Assembly (NCBI GenBank): GCA_040901675.1
Contig: JBBDYJ010000015.1
Span: 57,396 to 121,395, forward strand
Source: Pirellulales bacterium
Lineage (GTDB): Bacteria > Planctomycetota > Planctomycetia > Pirellulales > JAICIG01
Length of the DNA stretch: 64,000 bases
Reading direction: 5' to 3'
In this document: positions 11,029 through 20,559 of the stretch, piece after piece
Layout of the letters: every line of letters begins with the position of its first letter
Position numbering within the stretch: position 1 is the stretch's first letter
Notes under the pieces: generated by a model
Database searches by the model: none
Told to the model about the DNA's origin: nothing
What the model saw: only the letters and a program-made list of their open reading frames with translations
Translations under genes and position numbers: made by a program

Positions 11029-11335
11029 AGGAGGAAGGTGGAAGGAGGAAGGAGGAGTAGGGAGGAACGTCGGGTGGCTGGCGGCAAAGTCCCGGCGCGC
11101 CGGGATGCCCCAGGACAGTGGTCAGTGGTCAGTGGTCAGTGGACAGTGGTCAGAACAGTGGGTGGCTGGCGGCAAAGCGGACTTCGGCGAGCTCAGTCGA
11201 GTCGTAGCGTGCCCCAGTGATCAGGCTGGGACTGGAGGCTGGAGGTTGGAGGCTTGCAGGACGGCCGGCACGAGCAACGAGCGTCTCCTTGCTGACTCCT
11301 CCTTCCTCCTTCCTCCCTCCTCCTTTCCCCTTCCC
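11026..11335. repeat. Intergenic repeat cluster: GAAGGAG, CAGTGGT, GGAGGCT and CTCCTTC heptamer arrays plus two GGGTGGCTGG..GCCCCAG REP-like copies
   Basis: Directly visible; REP-like family also at 27939, 50397, 54344, 54421, 54497. Confidence 0.88.
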
Positions 11336-11428
11336 GCCTGCCTTGCGATTGGCTGGGCGGCGATACATACTGGCGCATCCGTTTGCCGTCCCGCCACCAG
11401 AAACGACACCAGCCAGAGGAACCATCCG

Positions 11429-12352
11429 ATGACGCACATGCTCAATCGCCGACAGGCACTGAAGCAATCGGCCCAGTTCGCCGCTGGCCTGGGTTTGGCG
11501 AGCCTGATCGCTCCCAGCGTCCGGGCGGAAGACAAGTCGCCCTTGTACCGTATCTCGCTGGCCGAGTGGTCGCTGAACAAGGCCCTGTTCGGCGGCAAGC
11601 TCGACAACCTGGACTTTGCCCGGACGTCGAAGGAAGAGTTCGGCATCGAGGCGGTCGAGTACGTCAACCAGTTCTTCAAGGACAAGGCCGGCGACAGCAA
11701 GTACCTGGCCGACCTGAAGCAGCGGGCCGAGGATGCCGGCGTAAAGAGCCTGCTGATCATGATCGACGGTGAAGGCGATTTGGGCAATGCCGACCAAGCC
11801 AGGCGGACGGAGGCGGTCGAAAAGCACTACCGCTGGGTCGAGGCGGCCAAGGCGCTGGGCTGCCACTCCATCCGAGTCAATGCGGCCAGCAGCGGCAGTT
11901 ACGACGAGCAGCTCAAGCGGGCGGCCGATGGGCTGCGGCGCCTGACGGAGTTCGGCGATCAGCACGAGATCAACGTGATCGTGGAGAACCACGGCGGCCT
12001 GTCGTCCAACGGCGAGTGGCTGGCCGCCGTGATCAAGCGGGTCGATCACCCTCGGGCCGGCACGCTCCCCGATTTCGGCAACTTCAACCTGGGCGACGGC
12101 CAACAGTACGACCGGTACAAGGGGGTGGCCGAGCTGATGCCTTTCGCCAAGGCCGTCAGCGCCAAGTCAAAGAACTTTGACGATCAAGGCAATGAGACCG
12201 AAACCGACTACCGCCGGATGATGAAGATCGTGCTCGACGCCGGCTACCACGGCTACGTGGGGATCGAATACGAAGGCGACAAGCTCAGCGAGCCCGAAGG
12301 CATCCGTGCCACCAAGAAGCTCCTGGAGCGCGTCCGCGACGAGCTGGCGTGA
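11429..12352 (+). CDS. Sugar-phosphate isomerase/epimerase (xylose-isomerase-like TIM barrel) with Tat-like signal
   Basis: LNRRQALK twin-Arg leader, ISLAEWS, VENHGG, LPDFGNF, GIEYEG. Confidence 0.88.
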   Translation: MTHMLNRRQALKQSAQFAAGLGLASLIAPSVRAEDKSPLYRISLAEWSLNKALFGGKLDNLDFARTSKEEFGIEAVEYVNQFFKDKAGDSKYLADLKQRAEDAGVKSLLIMIDGEGDLGNADQARRTEAVEKHYRWVEAAKALGCHSIRVNAASSGSYDEQLKRAADGLRRLTEFGDQHEINVIVENHGGLSSNGEWLAAVIKRVDHPRAGTLPDFGNFNLGDGQQYDRYKGVAELMPFAKAVSAKSKNFDDQGNETETDYRRMMKIVLDAGYHGYVGIEYEGDKLSEPEGIRATKKLLERVRDELA

Positions 12353-12359
12353 AGGCGGT

Positions 12360-14447
12360 CTAGGAATCCAGGATTGCCATCAGCACCGTCAGCCGGATCT
12401 CGGCCTCGGACAGTTGACTGCGCGAAATCCGGCCGCTTTCGTACATGGTCTTGAGCTCGTGCACATCCACTTCGGCAGCCGATTTGGCCGCTTCGGCGAT
12501 CTTGCGAAACAACTTGACTTTCCGCTTCGCCGTCACAAGCCGCTGCTCCGCTTCGAGCACTTCTTTATGAGAGGCCTTCTGCACACTCGCTAACTGGTGC
12601 GTGACTTTGAGCGTCTTCTCGGCCAACTCGTGCTCGCCGACTGCATCGATATACGCCGTCGCCAAATCGACCAGGCCGCTCAACCCGCTGCTGCTCGCCT
12701 GTACCGCGATTCCGGATTTGTCCGGGGCTTCGCCGGCTTGTTTCGCAGAAAGTGGGGATTTGGCCTTTGCCAACTCCAGCTCGGCCCGTTTGACGGCGAA
12801 GGCGTGCGCATCGCGCTGGCCTTGCGTGATGTATCCCTTCTTAAGCAGCCGCTCACTGAACTGCAGCGTGTTTTGCGCGGTGCGCAGCTTTTCCTCGGCC
12901 TCGGCCACGCTGATGTCGGCCTCGATCTTCTTCTCATCGGCTTGCTCCGTTTTGGGGGGCGGAGTGAAGTCATCTTGCGGATCCTTCAGCTTCTCCGGCG
13001 CTGCTTCGGTGGCCAGATACTTGCCTGTCTCTCGATCGAGCTTGTAAACAACGATGCCGTCAGGGCCCGCCAGGTGCAGCTCATCCCCCTCGAAAACCAG
13101 CCCCACTTCACCCTTCCAACCATCGGTCTTGGTCTGCCAAACGATCTTCCCACTGCTTCCGTCAAGCGCCGTAATCGTCCTCTCTTTCCCATCGGCGATG
13201 TAAACCCGGTTGTCGTGAACCCGAATGGTCCGCTGCGGTCCGGCCTTGGCCGTCACGTTGACTTTGGCTGGAGGATCCTCGGCGGACTGTTCCTCGGCCG
13301 GCTTCTCCTCGGCGGGCTTGTCCTGGCCGAGCGACCAGCAGGGAACCGCCAGCATCGCCAAGAGCCAGGCGGCAAAAAGCGCCCTGCGCGAGAGCCTGCA
13401 AGCGGTGTGATCGGAAAAGATCATGGTCAATCTCCTTTCAAAATTCCGGCGGCCGCCGCTGTCCATCCCCAACGCGGGAAGCGAAAGGCGGCCGCTGGGT
13501 GTACGCCGCGATATCACGAGCAATGCTTCGGCAAACATTCGCCTGGAGTCCGGCGCCATCGAGACCGCCCAAGCGTCGCAGGCCAGTTCCGCGGTCTCGC
13601 GCAGCCGCCGCCAGACAAACCAGAAAAGCGGGTTCCACCACCACAAGCACTCGCCGGCGAACTGGAGCCAGGCAACCCAATGGTCGCGACGCTTCAAATG
13701 AGCCAGCTCGTGGGCGACAACCGGACGCCAGCGCGCTGGATCCGCTTCATCGGCCAGATCGTCGGGCCAGACGAGCGCGGGCCGGCCGAGACACCAGACG
13801 AAGGGCGTTCGAACGCCGGCCGCCACCAGCACGCGCGGTGTGCGCAGTTTCAAGGTCGCGGCAACCTGGGCTGCCTGGTCGACGAGCCAGGCAGGTCCGG
13901 GCCGTGCCGACTTTGCCACCGCACGGCATCGGGCGATTTGCCGGAGCCGGTGCACAAAAATCGCGGCGGCGCCGATGCCCCAAAGCCAGCCGAACAGAAC
14001 TATCAACCGGCCACGGTCGAGCCGGCGCATCAACTCGAATCGGCCCGGCGGTGGACTTGGCGGTAGGCCTTCCGCGGACGGATGCAACGAGGTGGTTTGC
14101 GAAGAAGGTGCGTTCGCGGCAGGCGCCTTGTCGCCGCTAGGGGCGGGAAAAGAAATCACCGGTGCCGGCCGCGAACCGGTTGCTGGATCAACTCGGATCG
14201 GCTCGGTTCGAATCGGAAGCCGCGGCGGCTGTACTTGTGCCGAGAGCTCGCCGCCGCGCAGTACGGGAAACAGGTCGGCTGCGCTCCATGGCCACCAGAC
14301 CAGCGGCGGGCAGAGAAGCTTCAGGAGCAGGATGAGCCATAGCGCGTGCTCGACCGCGGGGCGGAACCGGCCGAGGCGGCATGCCAGCGTGATCAGCAGC
14401 GCCAAGAGCGCAACTACCACGGTTTTGTCGATCAACCATGCGAGCAT
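12360..14447 (-). CDS. BlaR1/MecR1-type M56 metallopeptidase sensor with extracytoplasmic C-terminal region
   Basis: HELAHLKRRDH zinc motif, WWWNPL, ELACD, RRLTMI; downstream of a BlaI-family gene. Confidence 0.9.
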   Translation of the reverse strand: MLAWLIDKTVVVALLALLITLACRLGRFRPAVEHALWLILLLKLLCPPLVWWPWSAADLFPVLRGGELSAQVQPPRLPIRTEPIRVDPATGSRPAPVISFPAPSGDKAPAANAPSSQTTSLHPSAEGLPPSPPPGRFELMRRLDRGRLIVLFGWLWGIGAAAIFVHRLRQIARCRAVAKSARPGPAWLVDQAAQVAATLKLRTPRVLVAAGVRTPFVWCLGRPALVWPDDLADEADPARWRPVVAHELAHLKRRDHWVAWLQFAGECLWWWNPLFWFVWRRLRETAELACDAWAVSMAPDSRRMFAEALLVISRRTPSGRLSLPALGMDSGGRRNFERRLTMIFSDHTACRLSRRALFAAWLLAMLAVPCWSLGQDKPAEEKPAEEQSAEDPPAKVNVTAKAGPQRTIRVHDNRVYIADGKERTITALDGSSGKIVWQTKTDGWKGEVGLVFEGDELHLAGPDGIVVYKLDRETGKYLATEAAPEKLKDPQDDFTPPPKTEQADEKKIEADISVAEAEEKLRTAQNTLQFSERLLKKGYITQGQRDAHAFAVKRAELELAKAKSPLSAKQAGEAPDKSGIAVQASSSGLSGLVDLATAYIDAVGEHELAEKTLKVTHQLASVQKASHKEVLEAEQRLVTAKRKVKLFRKIAEAAKSAAEVDVHELKTMYESGRISRSQLSEAEIRLTVLMAILDS

Positions 14448-14464
14448 CTCGCGGCTCCCCTTTT

Positions 14465-14527
14465 GTAGCAGAACTCGCCAGAGTTCTGGGCCAGACCTCC
14501 CAGTAGCAGAACTCGCCAGAGTTCTGG
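14465..14527. repeat. Two direct copies of GTAG-type REP hairpin GTAGCAGAACTCGCCAGAGTTCTGG
   Basis: Identical 25-mers at 14465 and 14503; GTAG + CAGAACTC/GAGTTCTG stem. Confidence 0.85.
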
Positions 14528-14560
14528 TCCGTTCTGGTGCTCTTCTGCTCCGGCTACGCC

Positions 14561-14995
14561 TTACTTGCCAGGCTTCCTGCGGCGGCGGGCCTCCAGCTTG
14601 TCGATCATCTTGCGGAACTCTTCGATCTCCTTGTCGGAGAAGCTGTATCCCTGCACAAGGGCCAACACCAACGGGGCAGCGTCTCCCTCGCAGAACTCGT
14701 CGGCCAGGTGCTCCAACTGTCGCCGCACGACGTCGTCGCGGCTTGCCGTGGCCCGAAATACGTGGGCAAAGCCGCTTTTGTCGCTGGCGACATACCCTTT
14801 GGCCTCCAGCCGTCCCAACAGCGTGATCACCGTGGTGTGAGCCCATCGCCGCTCTTGCTCGCGCAAGTGCTGCTTGATCTGGCGGACGGTGCCCGGACCC
14901 TGGTCCCACAACACCTTGAGCACGGCGCGCTCCGCGTCGCTGATCGATGGTCGCGGCAATGGCATGCTTGCCTCCGGCATTTTCTCCGCCGGCAC
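14561..14995 (-). CDS. BlaI/MecI/CopY family transcriptional repressor
   Basis: SDAERAVLKVLW, WAHTTVITLLGRLEAKGYV; true start may be ATG 14965. Confidence 0.93.
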   Translation of the reverse strand: MPAEKMPEASMPLPRPSISDAERAVLKVLWDQGPGTVRQIKQHLREQERRWAHTTVITLLGRLEAKGYVASDKSGFAHVFRATASRDDVVRRQLEHLADEFCEGDAAPLVLALVQGYSFSDKEIEEFRKMIDKLEARRRRKPGK

Positions 14996-14996
14996 C

Positions 14997-15044
14997 TTCT
15001 ACCCGGCGTAGAACTGATTGTCTACAATCCGTAGAAGAAGTCAA
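14997..15044 (-). promoter_or_regulatory. Putative promoter of the blaI-blaR1 pair with two TCTAC-N5-GTAGA operator palindromes
   Basis: Palindromes at 14997-15013 and 15021-15035; TTGACT (-35) at 15044-15039 and GACAAT (-10) at 15022-15017 on the minus strand. Confidence 0.7.
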
Positions 15045-15188
15045 GCAAAAAATTCAGAAGGCAGGAAGGCAGAGGAGTGCCACTGCTTGGAGGCCCCGCC
15101 GTGTCGGGGCGGCTCGACTGAGCTCGCCGAAGTCCGAGAAGCAGTGCCGCACCGCCTCCGCAAGGCTCGCAAGCCCGACGTGCCCTTC

Positions 15189-16754
15189 TCACCGCCGGCA
15201 GGCGATCGCGGCCAGCGTTGCCAAGAGAGCGACGCAGATCCACGAAAACAGGTCGCCGACGCGGGCGTACGGCGTGACGACACCGCGCACCGGCACGTGC
15301 GAGACAAGCACGCGCTGCCCGTCGGGCGTGGTGAAATGGTCCATCGATGAAAGCACCCGCCCCTGGTAGTCGACCGCCATCGAACGGCCGTCGCTGGTGT
15401 GTCGAATGACCGAAGCGCCCAGTTCCACTGCCCGGGCGGCCGTGACGTACGTGGGCCATGGATCCACCGCCTTCCAATCGTTCGACGGAGACAGGATCAA
15501 GTCCGCCCCCTGCTCCCCGGCCTGCCGGACGAACCAGGGGAAGTGCATGTCGAAGCAGATCGCCCCCGCCACGAGGCCATGGCGCGTCGGCACCACCGGC
15601 AGACGGTAGTCGTGGGGCTCGATGATACTCGACTCGGCCTCCCAGCCCGGCACCGGAAGCTGCTTGGCGTAGTTGAACAACACCCCGCCATCCGGACCGA
15701 CGAAGACGAACCGGTTCTCGAAGTTCGGCGGCGGGTCCCTGCGGTGCTGCACCGAGAGACCCATTCCAAGATAGATATCCGCCTGGCGGGCGACCTGGCG
15801 GCCTTGATCGATCAGCCGCTCGACGTCCTCGGCGGCTACCGTAGCGTGGGCCTCAGGCCAAAAAACGATGCGCGCACCGGCCGCCGCCTCGCGGCGAGTT
15901 TGCTCAAACAGGTGCGCGTGCAGCGGCCCGCAGGCCTCGCAGAGCGCGGTCCACTTCTCCTCGGCAAGCTGTTCGCGGTTGGGAGCCTGGATGGCGCCGG
16001 CCTGCTTGAGCAGCTCGTCCGAGGCGGTAATCGAGGCCACGCGCACCGTGGCGGCCTCGGGCGGGAACAACGTCAGCCGAGCCTGACCGGCCAACAGTAC
16101 CAGCGTCAGCACGGCCGCGCAGCCGCCGAGCGCCGCGCGGACCCGGCGTTCGCTCAGACCTTCTTGCCAGGCATAGTTGGCGACCGAGGCGAACCAACCG
16201 ATCAAGAAGGCAATGCCCGGCGTGCCGGTGATTGCCAGCACCTGCCAGAGCGCGAGGTTGCCGAACTGCGTGTAGGCCATGCCTCCCCAGCTCCCATAGG
16301 GAGACACATGGATGGCGGCCAACTCCAGGGCCGCCCAGGCCGAGGGGAGCACCAGCGTGGCCTTGAATCCCGCCAGCCGCGGCGCCACCAGGCGGTCGAC
16401 AACGTAGATGCTGAACAGACCCTGCGCCAGCAAGGCAATGACTGCCACGTAGAGCCACCCGCCCAGCGGCGCCACGCCCTGCCAGATGACCAGGGCCGCC
16501 CCGGTGAACACGGCGTCGCCCGCCAGCAAGCCGGCCAGCGGCCGGCTGGTGCGCAGGAAGCGGACCAGCAGCAACGGGGCCAGCCAGGCAGCCAGCGGCA
16601 GGGCAAAACGGCCGTTGGCGAACAGGAGCAAAACGCCCGCCGCGGCCAGGCAGGCAGCCGATCGAGTCCAACGCCGTCCATCACCGATCGTCTCGGTTTT
16701 GGCACGAGCCAGCCGCCGCTCTGGCCGTGGAGGGGAAACGGTGATCTGGCTCAT
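15189..16754 (-). CDS. Apolipoprotein N-acyltransferase-like membrane nitrilase-family protein
   Basis: N-terminal TM helices, WGGMAYTQ, catalytic E-K-C triad context (FWPE, YAK, AICFD). Confidence 0.82.
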   Translation of the reverse strand: MSQITVSPPRPERRLARAKTETIGDGRRWTRSAACLAAAGVLLLFANGRFALPLAAWLAPLLLVRFLRTSRPLAGLLAGDAVFTGAALVIWQGVAPLGGWLYVAVIALLAQGLFSIYVVDRLVAPRLAGFKATLVLPSAWAALELAAIHVSPYGSWGGMAYTQFGNLALWQVLAITGTPGIAFLIGWFASVANYAWQEGLSERRVRAALGGCAAVLTLVLLAGQARLTLFPPEAATVRVASITASDELLKQAGAIQAPNREQLAEEKWTALCEACGPLHAHLFEQTRREAAAGARIVFWPEAHATVAAEDVERLIDQGRQVARQADIYLGMGLSVQHRRDPPPNFENRFVFVGPDGGVLFNYAKQLPVPGWEAESSIIEPHDYRLPVVPTRHGLVAGAICFDMHFPWFVRQAGEQGADLILSPSNDWKAVDPWPTYVTAARAVELGASVIRHTSDGRSMAVDYQGRVLSSMDHFTTPDGQRVLVSHVPVRGVVTPYARVGDLFSWICVALLATLAAIACRR

Positions 16755-16965
16755 GGCGATTCCTTTAGCTAAAGCCGGACGAATGGCGAGCTCGCCGCAC
16801 GTGCAGCAGGACCAAGAACGGGCGAGAGCGGGCTGGTCATTAGCCGCAAGTATCCGGTGTTTCCCAGCCGGCCGCAACCCGGCTTCCGTGGGGAGAGCCC
16901 GCCGCCGATCGCCCGACTGCTAGCGAGAAGCAGTGATTCCTTGACGGGTTGAGTACACTGCTACC

Positions 16966-17415
16966 ATGACGCCACACGAAGCACGCGATTGGGTGCGCGA
17001 TCAGGGAATCGTTCTGGAGAGCGCTCGCGGCGCGGTGCCGAGCCTGGCCCAGCGTGTGGCCGGCGGCCCGATTCGCGGAAGCTGGTGGGGGCACCCGAAG
17101 GGGCATGTGATCTTTGAGCTCACGCGGGCGCTTCGAGAGGATCCGGACGTGCTGGTTTGCCGGCTGATCGACGGCAAAATCACTTACGTGCACCGCCGCC
17201 TCTGGCCGGCGCTGGCCCGCCTGGCCGACACGCTCGGCGCCGAGCGGCTCAAGGTCGTTCGCGAAGTACACACGCCGCGGGGAACGCACCAGGTCGAAGA
17301 GATCCCGTTTCACCAATGGGCCAGTGAAGAAGTCCGGCGAATGGCCGCCGAGCTCTCGCTCCAAGATGCACAGGCCATGCTGCGGCAGGCACAGCCGGCG
17401 GCTTTTCCAGAGTGA
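16966..17415 (+). CDS. Hypothetical protein (winged-helix / AlkZ-related-like)
   Basis: GSWWGHP and CRLIDGKITYVHRRLWP motifs; TACACT -10-like hexamer upstream. Confidence 0.6.
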   Translation: MTPHEARDWVRDQGIVLESARGAVPSLAQRVAGGPIRGSWWGHPKGHVIFELTRALREDPDVLVCRLIDGKITYVHRRLWPALARLADTLGAERLKVVREVHTPRGTHQVEEIPFHQWASEEVRRMAAELSLQDAQAMLRQAQPAAFPE

Positions 17416-17502
17416 CACGCCAAGGACAGACGGCCAAGGTCTCCTGCAGCACCACGAGAGTCGGCTCAATTGCCGCGGATGTAGCGCGCGAATGATCGCG
17501 CC

Positions 17503-17760
17503 TCAGCGGCTTTCAGATAAGAATTCACTCACAGCAGCAGCGAACATCTCAGGCTGGTCGCTGAAGGGGCCATGCCCGCCGCGTGTTCCACCGTTCTTGA
17601 TTACGTGGAGCCGGCCGGCGGGAAGGCAATCTGCATACATGCGGCTTACGCGTTCGGGGATCACGTCGTCCTCACCGTGGATGATCAAAGCCGGCGCTTG
17701 CACCCGGCGTAAAGCCTGTCGATAGTCGTGGCGCTTTCCCATGCTGAAGTGCCGCTGGAT
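17503..17760 (-). pseudogene. C-terminal remnant of an alpha/beta hydrolase
   Basis: APALIIHGEDDVIP..GHGPFSDQPEMFAAAVSEFL is a hydrolase C-terminus; the N-terminal nucleophile region is absent. Confidence 0.7.
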
Positions 17761-17768
17761 AAGACCTC

Positions 17769-17810
17769 TTGCCGACTATATACTTGATATGTATACTAGG
17801 TATATACAAG
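17769..17810 (+). promoter_or_regulatory. Sigma70-type promoter with overlapping AT-rich palindrome (candidate PadR operator)
   Basis: TTGCCG-N17-TATACT (17769-17797); TATACTAGGTATA inverted repeat at 17792-17804. Confidence 0.6.
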
Positions 17811-17849
17811 CGGGGCGGTTGAGAAGGTGCTTTGCGGAGGGTGCCCAAC

Positions 17850-19226
17850 GTGAGCCGCGTTTGTTTGCCCAACGGTTGGATGGCCGTGCTCGTGGCCGTT
17901 GTCTTCTCCCACAACGCGGCCCGAGCGTCGCAGCCGGATCCCAATGCTGCGGTCGATCGCGGGCGGCGAGCCGTGCGGACGACGCTCAGCCCGCTGGCCG
18001 TATCAACGCGGGCCTACGAGGACGCCTGGAAACAATGGGGCTTGGGAGAACGTCCGGCCGACTACGAGCTCGCCTTCCGATCCCGTTACGGCCTTCACGA
18101 AGTGCCTTACGAGAACGGCGCGTTGCCGACAGGCCTCCACGAGATTCCAGGGCCGTTTGGAATTGGAAGGGCAATCGCGCACGACTGCTTGCTGTGTCAT
18201 GCAGGTTCGATAGCCGGCCAAACGCTGATTGGCCTGGGCAATGCCTCGCTCGACTTTCAGTCGCTTTATGAAGACTTGTCGGCCGGCGATCTCGTTTCCT
18301 GGAAGCTGCCGTTCAACCTGAGCAACGGCCGCGGGATCATCGAGGCCAGTGCAGGAACAACGTTCCTGCTTCAGTTTCGCGACGCCGAGCTGAACATGCA
18401 GCCGGCGATCGAACTCCATTACCGAGACGATTTGTACCAGGACATTCCTGCCTGGTGGCATTTGAAGCGCAAGAAAACGATGTTCCATACCGGCTCGACC
18501 GACGTGAGGTCGGTTCGAGCCAACCTCACGTTCTTGCTGGCGCCGGTGAACTCGGCCGGCTATATCAAGAAACACGAGCCCGTGGTCGCCGACATCAAGG
18601 CCTATTTGTTGACCATCGAGCCGCCCAAGTATCCATTTCCCATCGACCAGTCGCTGGCGGCAAGCGGAGAGAGGGTGTTTGGAAAGCACTGCGCGAAATG
18701 CCACGGCACGTATGGGCCCGACGGCGTTTATCCAAACAAGGTTGTTCCCATTGAGCTCGTCGGGACGGATCCAACCTTGGTGAATTGGGTTGCCGGGCTG
18801 TCCGAGAAGGACAAGGACTATTACAGCAAGAGCTGGTTGTTCCGGGAAACGGGCGCCGATGGCGAGCCATATCATGGGCTCAACGGCGGCGGCTACCAGG
18901 CGCCGCCGCTGGACGGCGTGTGGGCGACGGGGCCGTACTTTCACAACGGCTCCGTGCCGACCGTCTACCATGTGTTGAACTCGGAGTCGCGGCCCGCGGT
19001 CTACACCCGATCGTTCGCCACGGGTCCCGACGAATACGACCAGGACAGGCTCGGCTGGAAGATCACGGTGCTGGACCAGGCGCCCAGCGCAGGCCTGCCG
19101 GCCTTCGAGCGCCGCAAGATCTGCGACGCCACGCGGCCGGGCCGTTCCAACCGCGGACACACCTTCGGCGACGCGCTGGCGGAGCACGAGCGGATGGCCG
19201 TCATCGAGTACCTGAAGACGCTGTAA
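17850..19226 (+). CDS. Exported di-heme cytochrome c (RoxA/MauG/CcP-like)
   Basis: CLLCH and CAKCH heme motifs, YQAPPLDGVWATGPYFHNGSVP, SNRGH; signal peptide; start uncertain. Confidence 0.85.
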   Translation: MSRVCLPNGWMAVLVAVVFSHNAARASQPDPNAAVDRGRRAVRTTLSPLAVSTRAYEDAWKQWGLGERPADYELAFRSRYGLHEVPYENGALPTGLHEIPGPFGIGRAIAHDCLLCHAGSIAGQTLIGLGNASLDFQSLYEDLSAGDLVSWKLPFNLSNGRGIIEASAGTTFLLQFRDAELNMQPAIELHYRDDLYQDIPAWWHLKRKKTMFHTGSTDVRSVRANLTFLLAPVNSAGYIKKHEPVVADIKAYLLTIEPPKYPFPIDQSLAASGERVFGKHCAKCHGTYGPDGVYPNKVVPIELVGTDPTLVNWVAGLSEKDKDYYSKSWLFRETGADGEPYHGLNGGGYQAPPLDGVWATGPYFHNGSVPTVYHVLNSESRPAVYTRSFATGPDEYDQDRLGWKITVLDQAPSAGLPAFERRKICDATRPGRSNRGHTFGDALAEHERMAVIEYLKTL

Positions 19227-19282
19227 GAGGGGCTTTCTTGCGGTCCGCCGTTGCACGGCGCATCGCGGAAAGGAGCACGAAG

Positions 19283-19816
19283 CTGTCATTCAAGCATGCA
19301 CTGCTGGGGCTGCTGGCGGAGGGCCCGCTCCATGGATACGAATTGAAGACCGCTTACGAAACCCAACTGGTTCCGGCGGGCAATCTCAATTTCGGGCAAG
19401 TCTATACCACCCTGGAGCGACTGAACCGCGACGGCCTGGTAAGCTTCGAAAAGGTCAACCAGGCCGAGCGGCCCGACAAGAAGGTCTACAAGCTGACGGC
19501 GCATGGCCGCCGGGAGCTCAAGGATTGGCTCACGCGGCCTTCGACGATCGAGCTGGACCAGCGCAACTCCACGTTCCTGAAGTTGATGCTGGCCCGGCGG
19601 CTGGGCGGTGTTGACTTGATGGGAGTGTTGGCCGCGGAAAGGCGGGCCTGCTTCGAGCGCCTGCACGAAGTCACGCGAGCCAAAGCGCAAGCCCAGCAGG
19701 CCGGCGCGCCGCTCCAGAGCGTACTGCTGCTGGACCTGGCGGTGCTCACGTTGGAGGCCTTCTTGAAGTGGCTCGACCGTTGTGAGGCGGCATTAAAGCA
19801 GGAGACCAACAAGTGA
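19283..19816 (+). CDS. PadR family regulator with C-terminal Vir_act-type helices
   Basis: KHALLGLLAEGPLHGYELK, GQVYTTLERL, DKKVYKLT; apparent CTG start after AGGAG. Confidence 0.88.
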   Translation: MSFKHALLGLLAEGPLHGYELKTAYETQLVPAGNLNFGQVYTTLERLNRDGLVSFEKVNQAERPDKKVYKLTAHGRRELKDWLTRPSTIELDQRNSTFLKLMLARRLGGVDLMGVLAAERRACFERLHEVTRAKAQAQQAGAPLQSVLLLDLAVLTLEAFLKWLDRCEAALKQETNK

Positions 19817-20559
19817 ACGACGGCATGCATACCGTGGACGTGCGGGGGCTGACCAAGGTCTTCGGGGCGGGCGAGGGAGCCGTCGAGGCCCTGCGCGGGG
19901 TCGACCTGCAAGTGGCACGGGGCGAGTTCGTCGCCGTGATGGGGCCTTCCGGCTCCGGAAAGAGCACGCTTCTGTATCTGATCGGGGCGCTAGACACGCC
20001 CACTGCCGGCACGGTGTGCATCGACGGCGTCGACCTGTCGAGAATGGACGACAACGGCCTCGCCTTGCTCAGGCGACAGCGGATCGGTTTCATTTTCCAG
20101 GCCTTCAACCTGTTGGACGTGCTCACGGCCGAAGAAAACGTCTCGTTGCCGCTGGTGATCGACGGAGTGTCCGAGGTGGAGGCGGGCCGGCGGGCCGCGG
20201 AATCATTGGGCCTGGTGGGCATGTCCGGCCGGCGGCACCACTTGCCCGGCCAGCTTTCCGGCGGCGAACAACAGCGGTTGGCGATCGCCAGGGCCCTGGT
20301 TACCAGGCCGCTATTGCTGCTGGCCGACGAGCCAACCGGGAACCTCGACAGCGCCAACAGCGACCAGATCATGCGGCTGTTGTGCAGCCTCGCCGAAGAG
20401 CACGGGCAGACGATCTTGATGGTGACGCACGACGCACGCTGGGCCGCGGCGGCAAATCGCGTGATCCGTTTGCGGGATGGCAGGGTCGCCGACGAGCAGA
20501 CGCTGCCCGCCGCGCGGGCCTATCCCCAGGTCGTTCGAGAGCTGGAATCCCAGTTATGA
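19813..20559 (+). CDS. ABC transporter ATP-binding protein (LolD/MacB type)
   Basis: GPSGSGKST, LSGGEQQR, LLADEPTGNLD, VTHD. Confidence 0.95.
   Translation: MNDGMHTVDVRGLTKVFGAGEGAVEALRGVDLQVARGEFVAVMGPSGSGKSTLLYLIGALDTPTAGTVCIDGVDLSRMDDNGLALLRRQRIGFIFQAFNLLDVLTAEENVSLPLVIDGVSEVEAGRRAAESLGLVGMSGRRHHLPGQLSGGEQQRLAIARALVTRPLLLLADEPTGNLDSANSDQIMRLLCSLAEEHGQTILMVTHDARWAAAANRVIRLRDGRVADEQTLPAARAYPQVVRELESQL

Noticed and set aside
12360..15044. 894-aa BlaI-BlaR fusion
   Set aside because: BlaI is in a different frame with its own stop; the extension upstream of ATG 14447 is read-through across REP repeats
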